Source: Cloacibacterium sp.
GTDB lineage: Bacteria > Bacteroidota > Bacteroidia > Flavobacteriales > Weeksellaceae
Reading direction: 5' to 3'
NCBI GenBank assembly: GCA_046296655.1
Contig: JBKBLE010000011.1
Coordinates: 290-64,289 of the forward strand
Length of the DNA: 64,000 bases
Of the stretch, positions 57,588 to 64,000 are shown piece after piece. Numbering within the stretch: position 1 is the stretch's first letter; each line of letters opens with the position of its first letter. The position numbers were made by a program, and so were the translations under genes. The notes under the pieces are model-generated. The model did not search any database. It had not been told where the DNA came from and saw only the letters and a list, made by a program, of their open reading frames with translations.

Positions 57588-58427
57588 TTGAATATTATGG
57601 AAAATGAAAATTTAAATTACAATCCATCATTAGATGAAATTGTATTTGAACATAGAAATAGAGAGTATGGTGCTTATGATTTAAGAACAAGTTACAGAAA
57701 AATCTTAACAAGATCTTTAATCATTGGAACAGTTCTATTTTGCTTAGCAGCAATTACACCTTTTGTAATTATGAAGATTAAGCAATTAGCTGCTCCAGAC
57801 AAGACTGAGATTGATGCTAAGTTAATCGAAATTCTTCCAGAAGAAGAGGTGAAAGAAGAAATCGTGGAAAAAGAAGAAACTCCACCACCACCACCTCCAA
57901 AAGTAGAAGAAAAGATTGAAATTTTACAAAATGTAGTACCTGAACCAGTAAAGGCACCTAAAGTGGAAACTCCACCTCCGCCAATTTCTGAGCAGTTAAA
58001 AACTACTACGGGGCTTATAAATCAAGAAGGGGTAAAACAAACTACTTATGCACCACCTCCAGTTGCGGCTCCACCAAAAGCAGCAGCGGTAGAGTCTAAA
58101 GCTCCAAGTACTACAGAGGTTTATGAGTCTGTAGACCAAGAAGCAGAATTCCCAGGAAGTTTAAACTCTTTTAGAAATAAAATCCTAGAGAATTTTGATA
58201 ATTCTGCATTGGAAGGAGGAGAAGGAACGCTTAAAACTACAGTTACCTTTATTGTAGAAAGAGATGGTACAATTTCTGATGTTAAAGCATCAGGTTCTAA
58301 CTCAGATTTTAATAGTGAAGCTGTAAGAACAGTGAAAAGTATTAAAACAAAATGGGTTCCTGCAAAAATCAATGGTCAACCAGTAAGACAGAGATTCAGG
58401 CTGCCATTAACTATGAATTTTGAATAA
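57588..58427 (+). CDS. tonB: Energy transducer TonB
   Basis: FEHRNREYGAY N-terminus, single TM helix, Pro/Glu-rich linker and C-terminal FIVERDG...WVPAKINGQPVR. Confidence 0.92.
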   Translation: MNIMENENLNYNPSLDEIVFEHRNREYGAYDLRTSYRKILTRSLIIGTVLFCLAAITPFVIMKIKQLAAPDKTEIDAKLIEILPEEEVKEEIVEKEETPPPPPPKVEEKIEILQNVVPEPVKAPKVETPPPPISEQLKTTTGLINQEGVKQTTYAPPPVAAPPKAAAVESKAPSTTEVYESVDQEAEFPGSLNSFRNKILENFDNSALEGGEGTLKTTVTFIVERDGTISDVKASGSNSDFNSEAVRTVKSIKTKWVPAKINGQPVRQRFRLPLTMNFE

Positions 58428-58445
58428 ACTTACCAATTTTCATAT

Positions 58446-58474
58446 AAAAAGAGAAGCGTAAGCTTCTCTTTTTT
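58446..58474 (+). terminator. Intrinsic terminator after tonB
   Basis: AAAAAGAGAAGC-GTAA-GCTTCTCTTTTTT. Confidence 0.8.
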
Positions 58475-58497
58475 ATGTAACTTAATAAATATTAAAC

Positions 58498-58692
58498 ATG
58501 TTTAATTACTTATCTATTTTAGTTGGTATATTTTATATCGCATTAGGGGTTTTTGTGATGGTGTATAAATTCTTTTTAAATCCATTAGAAGGAATTACAT
58601 CATATTTATTAGGTGGTTTACTTATCATTTATGGCGTTTTTAGAATAGGAAGAGCAATTTATTATATTAGAAAAAAAGAAGAAGATGTTTAA
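58498..58692 (+). CDS. Small 2-TM membrane protein
   Basis: 64 aa with a YGVFRIGR motif; overlaps the next gene's start. Confidence 0.7.
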   Translation: MFNYLSILVGIFYIALGVFVMVYKFFLNPLEGITSYLLGGLLIIYGVFRIGRAIYYIRKKEEDV

Positions 58693-59545
58693 TAAAATCG
58701 TTTTATTTATATTATTTTTTTCTCTAGTTGCATGTTCTAAAAGCGAAGCAGATGCACCTAATAAAGGTGAAATAGTCATTGCTGCAGATGAATCTTTTAG
58801 AAACGTAACAGAAGCTTTGGCAGAAAGATATGTTGCGCATTATCCAGAAACTAAACTTCATCTTAAATTTCAGAAAGAAGACTATGCCTTAATGGATTTA
58901 TTGAAGCGAAACGTAAGAGTTATCGTGATGTCTAGAGAACTTACAGAAAAAGAAAAAAAACTCTATGAAGAAATGGTAGACTTGCCATTACAACCTGCAA
59001 AATTTGCTGGTGATGCTGTGGTTTTTGTAGTAGCAAAAAATTCACCTAGAAATTCAATTAGTGTACAAGAAATTAAAGATGAATTACAATCTGATGAAAA
59101 AAATGTAATCTTTGATGGAGTTAACGCAAGTAATTTCAATTTTGTAGCTCAGAAATTAAATTTAAAACCTCAGAATATAAAATATTCATTGATCAAAGGC
59201 AATAAAGCAATTGTAGAGCAGATTAATAAATTTCCAAATAGTATAGGGGTTATTAGTCTTAATACCATCTCGAATCCTTACTCTCGCGAAGCTGAAAATT
59301 TAAGGAAACAAATAAAAATCCTTCCTGTAAAAGATAATAATGTGGCCTATGAACCGAATAGACAGAACATTAGATACATGAAGTATCCTTTTACAAGAAT
59401 TTTGTATTTCTTAACAAATGAAGGATATTTTGGTTTGGGTAACGGTTTTATCAGATTCTCTTGCACTCAAAAAGGTCAAATAGTGGTAAGTAAAGAAGGA
59501 CTTCAACCTTATAATATTTATAAGAGAGAAGTAATGATGAGATAA
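58685..59545 (+). CDS. PstS-like (PBP-like) substrate-binding lipoprotein
   Basis: Lipobox LVA|C, IAADESF, MSRELT and YPFTRILY...GFIRF...GQIVV. Confidence 0.8.
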   Translation: MFNKIVLFILFFSLVACSKSEADAPNKGEIVIAADESFRNVTEALAERYVAHYPETKLHLKFQKEDYALMDLLKRNVRVIVMSRELTEKEKKLYEEMVDLPLQPAKFAGDAVVFVVAKNSPRNSISVQEIKDELQSDEKNVIFDGVNASNFNFVAQKLNLKPQNIKYSLIKGNKAIVEQINKFPNSIGVISLNTISNPYSREAENLRKQIKILPVKDNNVAYEPNRQNIRYMKYPFTRILYFLTNEGYFGLGNGFIRFSCTQKGQIVVSKEGLQPYNIYKREVMMR

Positions 59546-59639
59546 AAAATTTTTAATTTTAAGAGATTTAATTTAATTTTGGAACAGAAATTGTGTATTA
59601 GTATTTAACATAATGCATTAACAATAAAAAAATAGAAAA

Positions 59640-61301
59640 ATGAAATATAGATTCGGACTTCCTAAAAAAATAGTTTTTGGTGCAGCGGCAACCTTTCTAT
59701 TAAGTTTTGCAAGCGCACAAACAGTGTCAGAAGGGATTATTTATTTAGATAGCCACAAATATGCAAAGGCTAAGGAAATTTTTAATCAGATGATTGCTAA
59801 ATCACCTACTGCAGAAAACTATTATTATTTAGGATACGCATATTTAAGTCAGTTTGAACCAAATTTTGAACTAGCTAAAGAAAATTTCGATAAAGGTTTA
59901 GCAATTGATTCTAAAAGCTATCTTAATAAAATTGGTCTTGCTACCATTAAATTAGGGAAAGGTCAAAAAGCTTCAGCAATCGCTGAACTTACTCAGGTTG
60001 CAAAAGAGTCTAAAGAAAAAGACGCAGAAGTTCTTTATAGAATTGGAGAAGCGCTTACCATGTTCGAAAATAACAATGATCCAGCTTTAGCCATTACTTA
60101 TATCAATAAAGCAATTGAAAAAGCACAAAAATACGGTGTTCCTGCTTATTATTACTACACTTTAGGAGATGCATACAGATTAACTAGAGATCCAGGTAAT
60201 GCCATGACTGCTTATGATAGAGCTTCTGAAGTTGCTAAAAATAAAGCTTCTGTTTTCTACAGAATGGCAACATTGTGGATGGCTGCTAAACAATACAAAA
60301 AAGCAGAAGAAAACATTGCTAAAGCAATCAATACAGATTCGACTTATGCTCCAGCGTACAAAGCACAAGCTCAGTATAATAAAATTTTCCAAAGACATGA
60401 GGAAACTACACAGAGTTTGATTAATTATACTAAGTATGCAGATGAAGATCCAAGTACATTATTAGAAATTGCGAAGTTATACTTTATTAATAGTGATTTC
60501 GAAGAGTCAAAAGCTACTCTAGACAAGGTTTTTGATAAAGTAAATGATCCAATTAAGTTTAAGTTAAGAGCTTATTTACAATATAATGAAAATGATTTTG
60601 CAAACGCTAAAGCTAATCTAGAAACTTATTATGCAAAAGTTGAGCAGTCTAGAATCATCCCGAGTGATGCAGGTTTAGAAGCTGTGATTTATGCAGGATT
60701 GGCATCTAAAGAAGCAGACGCTGCTACAAAAGCTGCTTTAATGCAAAAAGCTAAAGAAAAATTAGCGGTTGTAAAAGCTGCTAAAGATGATACCTTAGAT
60801 TGGGATTCAGAATTCGCAAAAGCATCAAGTGGTGCTGCAGAACTTCAAGCAAAAGCAGACGCAGGTCCTTCTAATGACAACATCGTGGCTCTTAAAAAAC
60901 AAGTAGCTGCAAACAAAGAAGATACTACTGCGTTGTTCAATTTAGCAATGGCTTATCAAGAAGTAGGTAACTGGGATGGTGCTGCTCTAGCATGGCAAAA
61001 GATGAATGATCTTCTTCCAACTTGGGAACCGGCTTATTATAGCAAAGGTTATGCATTACAACAAGCTGGTTATAAAGAATTAGCTGCTGTAGCTTTCCAG
61101 AAATATATAGATGTAGCATTAACTAAAACTCCAGCAGAACAACAAGCTTTACAAGAAACATTATTTGGAGCTTACTATTCTGTAGCTTACTTGTTACACA
61201 CTACGGATAAAGTAAAGGCAAATGAAGCTTTACAAAAAGCTTTAGCAATGAAACCAAACGATAAAAACTCACTTCTTTTACAAAAAGAATTAATGAAATA
61301 A
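59640..61301 (+). CDS. Exported tetratricopeptide repeat protein
   Basis: Sec signal (…ASA|Q) and multiple TPR-like helical repeats. Followed by a hairpin and T-run at about 61301-61333. Confidence 0.88.
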   Translation: MKYRFGLPKKIVFGAAATFLLSFASAQTVSEGIIYLDSHKYAKAKEIFNQMIAKSPTAENYYYLGYAYLSQFEPNFELAKENFDKGLAIDSKSYLNKIGLATIKLGKGQKASAIAELTQVAKESKEKDAEVLYRIGEALTMFENNNDPALAITYINKAIEKAQKYGVPAYYYYTLGDAYRLTRDPGNAMTAYDRASEVAKNKASVFYRMATLWMAAKQYKKAEENIAKAINTDSTYAPAYKAQAQYNKIFQRHEETTQSLINYTKYADEDPSTLLEIAKLYFINSDFEESKATLDKVFDKVNDPIKFKLRAYLQYNENDFANAKANLETYYAKVEQSRIIPSDAGLEAVIYAGLASKEADAATKAALMQKAKEKLAVVKAAKDDTLDWDSEFAKASSGAAELQAKADAGPSNDNIVALKKQVAANKEDTTALFNLAMAYQEVGNWDGAALAWQKMNDLLPTWEPAYYSKGYALQQAGYKELAAVAFQKYIDVALTKTPAEQQALQETLFGAYYSVAYLLHTTDKVKANEALQKALAMKPNDKNSLLLQKELMK

Positions 61302-61379
61302 AAAATGAGCTTCTCTATTGAGAAGCTTTTTTTAATTCTAAATTTGAAAATTTAATTTTAATTTCTGTATTTTTGACCT

Positions 61380-62099
61380 ATGAAAGTAGATATTTTAGCA
61401 ATAGGAGCACATCCTGATGACGTAGAGTTAGGCTGTGGAGGAACTATAGCAAAATTAATTTCCGAAGGAAAAAAAGTAGCCATCATAGACCTTACCGAAG
61501 GCGAGTTAGGAACCAGAGGAACTAATGAAACCAGAGCGCAAGAAGCAGCAATTGCATCTGAAATTTTAGGAATTTCTGCTAGAGAAAATCTTAAAATGAA
61601 AGATGGTTTTATCATCAATTCTCAAGAATATCAGTTTAGAATCATTGAAATGATTAGGAAATACCAACCAGAAATCGTACTTTGTAATGCGATAGATGAT
61701 AGACATCCTGATCATGCGAAAGCAGCAAAATTAGTTTCAGATGCGTGTTTTTTATCAGGATTGGTAAAGATAAAAACCGATTATGAAGGTGAATCTCAAA
61801 AATTTTGGAGACCAAAACAAGTTTTTCATTACATTCAGTGGAAAAATATTGAACCGGATTTTGTAATGGATATTTCTGGATTTTTAGACAAAAAAATAGA
61901 AGCTTGTTTAGCATATAAAACTCAGTTTTATGACCCAACTTCCACAGAACCAATGACTCCCATCGCGACAAAAGATTTTTTAGAAAGCTTAACTTATAGA
62001 GCGCAAGATTTAGGAAGATTGAGTGGAGTAGAATATGCAGAAGGTTTCACAACTGAAAAGTTATTAGCATTTAAAAATTTTGAAGGATTTATTTGTTAA
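61380..62099 (+). CDS. bshB1: Bacillithiol biosynthesis deacetylase BshB1
   Basis: GAHPDDVELGCGG, DLTEGELGTRG, DRHPDH, KACLAYKTQF and YAEGF. Confidence 0.9.
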   Translation: MKVDILAIGAHPDDVELGCGGTIAKLISEGKKVAIIDLTEGELGTRGTNETRAQEAAIASEILGISARENLKMKDGFIINSQEYQFRIIEMIRKYQPEIVLCNAIDDRHPDHAKAAKLVSDACFLSGLVKIKTDYEGESQKFWRPKQVFHYIQWKNIEPDFVMDISGFLDKKIEACLAYKTQFYDPTSTEPMTPIATKDFLESLTYRAQDLGRLSGVEYAEGFTTEKLLAFKNFEGFIC

Positions 62100-62137
62100 T
62101 TGTTTTAAAAATTTTATATATTTGCACACGCAAAAAC

Positions 62138-62212
62138 GGTGATTGTAGCTCAGTTGGTTAGAGCGTCGGATTGTGGTCCCGAAGGTCGTGGGTTCGAGAC
62201 CCATCATTCACC
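62138..62212 (+). tRNA. tRNA-His (GTG)
   Basis: Cloverleaf with G-1/C73, anticodon GTG at 62173-62175 and TTCGAGA T-loop. CCA is not fully encoded. Promoter TATATTTG at 62117-62124. Confidence 0.95.
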
Positions 62213-62213
62213 C

Positions 62214-62247
62214 AAAAAAAGCATCCAAATTTTGGATGCTTTTTTAT
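62214..62247. terminator. Bidirectional terminator between tRNA-His and dtd
   Basis: AAAAAAAGCATCCAAA/TTTTGGATGCTTTTTTT. Confidence 0.85.
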
Positions 62248-62268
62248 TTTATGGATGTCTTAGAAATT

Positions 62269-62718
62269 CTACGCTTTGGTGATGCTGTCCAGAACCAGAG
62301 TTACAGGACCATCATTCAGTAAAGATACTTTCATATCTGCCCCGAAAATCCCACTTTCTATTTTTAATCCAGATTTAGCAATCTCAGATTTAAAATATTC
62401 AAATAAAGGAATGGCTTTTTCAGGTTTAGCTGCTTTTATATAAGAAGGTCTATTGCCTTTTTTGTAATCAGAGATTAAAGTAAATTGGCTGATGCATAAA
62501 ATCTCTCCCGCTACATCTTTTACAGAAAGATTCATTTTTCCTTCAGAATCAGAAAAAATCCTTAAGTCTACCACTTTTTTTATTAACCAATTGGCATCTT
62601 CTTGAGTATCGTTTTCATCTACACCGATGAGAAGGAGTAAGCCTTGAGAAATTTCTCCTACAATTTTTCCTTCTACTGCTACAGATGCTTCTTTTACACG
62701 TTGAACTACTATTTTCAT
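62269..62718 (-). CDS. dtd: D-aminoacyl-tRNA deacylase
   Basis: VVQRV, SQFTL, FGADM and NDGPVT. Confidence 0.97.
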   Translation of the reverse strand: MKIVVQRVKEASVAVEGKIVGEISQGLLLLIGVDENDTQEDANWLIKKVVDLRIFSDSEGKMNLSVKDVAGEILCISQFTLISDYKKGNRPSYIKAAKPEKAIPLFEYFKSEIAKSGLKIESGIFGADMKVSLLNDGPVTLVLDSITKA

Positions 62719-62727
62719 GCCTCTAAA

Positions 62728-63180
62728 TTAATTATAAATATTTAAAATGTTGGTAGAAGAATTATAATTATAAAAATATTGTTTCAGAGGATAAGGACTT
62801 ACAGAAGCGGGTGCTCCAGAATTGAGAAACCATTTTGCATTGTCTTTTTTGCAAATAACCAAACTGCCATTTTCTACTTCTAATGTAGTGTCTGTGGAAG
62901 GACAAATATGTGGCGCGTTTCTATCATAAATTTTGAAACCATCATTGGTTCTATAAACGATTAAGCCTCTGGTTCCAGATTGCTGTTCTGAGACGTAAAT
63001 CCAGCCTCCAATATTGTTAAGAGGATAATAAGAAGGTAGGCTTAAATTGAGCTGAACAGAAATAAATTGATTGGGAAAACAACTGGTAGTTTCTTCTCTG
63101 TTAGAACAAGAGTTAAGCGTTTTTAATGCGCTGAAAGCCAGTAAAATTGGGATAATTATTTTTAAAAGGCTTGGTTTCAT
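62728..63180 (-). CDS. Hypothetical exported protein/lipoprotein, degenerate Rieske-like fold
   Basis: LNS|C lipobox-like site; DRNAPHIC and ICKKD where Rieske proteins have CxH and CxxH. Start at MKPS (63180) is preferred. Confidence 0.55.
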   Translation of the reverse strand: MKPSLLKIIIPILLAFSALKTLNSCSNREETTSCFPNQFISVQLNLSLPSYYPLNNIGGWIYVSEQQSGTRGLIVYRTNDGFKIYDRNAPHICPSTDTTLEVENGSLVICKKDNAKWFLNSGAPASVSPYPLKQYFYNYNSSTNILNIYN

Positions 63181-63282
63181 ATTAAAATTAATCATATCTT
63201 TGTAACTCGAAATTTTAATGAATATTGTCCGGCAAAGGTCGGATTATTTTTTTATATTAACATTAACGCAAAATAACCAGAT

Positions 63283-63762
63283 ATGAGTAAAGTAATAAAT
63301 TATGTAACCAAAGAAGGTTTGGAAAAAATGAAGGCAGAGTTAGAACTACTCGAAAGCATAGAAAGGCCTAAAATTACTCAACAAATCGCAGAAGCAAGAG
63401 ACAAAGGAGATTTATCTGAAAATGCAGAATATGACGCAGCGAAAGAAGCGCAAGGTTTGCTAGAAATGAAAATCTCTAAAATTAAAGATGCTATCGCAAA
63501 CTCTAAAGTGATTGACGAAAGTCAATTAGACACTTCTAAAGTTTCTATTCTTTGTACCGTTCGTCTTAAAAATAATGCGACCAAACAAGAACAAAAATTC
63601 ACATTGGTTCCCGATAATGAGTCTGACATTAAAGCAGGAAAAATTTCTGTAAATACTCCTATTGCAAAAGGATTATTAGGTAAAGCTGTAGGCGAAACTG
63701 CGGAGATTGTTTTACCAAACGGTAATAAACTTTCTTTTGAAGTTTTAGAAATTTCATTGTAA
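63283..63762 (+). CDS. greA: Transcription elongation factor GreA
   Basis: YVTKEG, GDLSENAEYDAAKE and ISVNTPIAKGLLGK. Promoter TATCTTTG at 63195-63202. Confidence 0.98.
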   Translation: MSKVINYVTKEGLEKMKAELELLESIERPKITQQIAEARDKGDLSENAEYDAAKEAQGLLEMKISKIKDAIANSKVIDESQLDTSKVSILCTVRLKNNATKQEQKFTLVPDNESDIKAGKISVNTPIAKGLLGKAVGETAEIVLPNGNKLSFEVLEISL

Positions 63763-63788
63763 TTTTAATCTTTAAAAAATTACAAATT

Positions 63789-64000
63789 ATGAGTTCTATA
63801 TTCACCAAAATTGTAAACGGAGAAATTCCTTGCTACAAAATCGCTGAAGACGAAAATTATTTGGCTTTTTTAGATGTAATGCCATTAGCAAAAGGTCATA
63901 CTTTAGTGATTCCAAAGAAAGAGGTAGATTTAATCTTTGATTTAGAATCAGAAGATTTTAAAAATCTCTGGGGATTTGCTCAACAAGTAGCCAAAAAAGT
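63789..64000 (+). CDS. HIT family protein (3'-truncated by the window edge)
   Basis: Manual translation: MSSIFTKIVNGEIPCYKIAEDENYLAFLDVMPLAKGHTLVIPKKE... Confidence 0.9.
   Translation, partial: MSSIFTKIVNGEIPCYKIAEDENYLAFLDVMPLAKGHTLVIPKKEVDLIFDLESEDFKNLWGFAQQVAKK

Noticed and set aside
57880-58080. CCA-rich repeats in tonB as a separate repeat element
   Set aside because: They are ordinary poly-proline coding in the TonB linker.
58685-59545. Canonical pstS of a phosphate ABC operon
   Set aside because: There is no pstC, pstA, pstB or phoU adjacent, so it was called PstS-like only.
765-61971. Numerous short antisense or overlapping ORFs in the track (e.g. 765-1121, 4243-4593, 12231-12551, 31744-32139, 38690-39115, 47149-47475, 61358-61618, 61654-61971)
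   Set aside because: They are shadows of well-supported genes, with no motifs and no independent promoter or terminator signals.
1-64000. Prophage, intact IS/transposase, rRNA operon or known defence system
   Set aside because: No integrase, transposase, phage structural, rRNA or recognisable defence genes were seen in any ORF.

Overview
An AT-rich chromosomal segment from a Bacteroidota (Flavobacteriales) bacterium. A Weeksellaceae lineage such as Cloacibacterium or Chryseobacterium is my inference from gene order and the many TAnnTTTG -7 promoter boxes; I did not run a database search. Most of the window is housekeeping: rplM-rpsI-rpsB, tsf, rpmH, rpmF, gltX, leuS, tRNA-His, trmB, tilS, dtd, greA, accA/accB/accC, guaB, rocD, pdxA, riboflavin synthase, icmF, ruvC, waaA, an exbB-exbD-exbD-tonB cluster, bshB1 and a large T9SS-secreted protein. 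The most interesting accessory block is 40.1-45.6 kb. It has an ECF-type sigma factor followed by a co-oriented run of thioredoxin-peroxiredoxin-like fusion, YHS, DM13, DoxX, DinB, NRDE (Ntn-hydrolase) and ATP-grasp genes, then a secreted His/Cys-repeat peptide. The same 37-bp bipartite motif (TTGGGTGA-N15-GGAACTTAWTAATA) lies upstream of both the first gene and the peptide gene, so it is a candidate cognate sigma promoter. Other notable items: (1) a roughly 200-bp scar holding the 3' end of hypE and probably the 3' end of a Ni-transporter-like gene, suggesting a deleted hydrogenase locus; (2) a GxxExxY pseudogene embedded in 9-nt-period inverted repeats; (3) short-period (6/7/8/9-nt) repeat elements, plus in-frame repeat insertions in waaA and tilS; (4) a Flavo-1-like RNA; (5) an uncharacterised PI3K/HipA-like kinase-fold ORF; (6) candidate leader structures for rpsB, leuS and greA. 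All family assignments come from motifs recognised by eye. There is no CRISPR array, rRNA, intact transposase or prophage.
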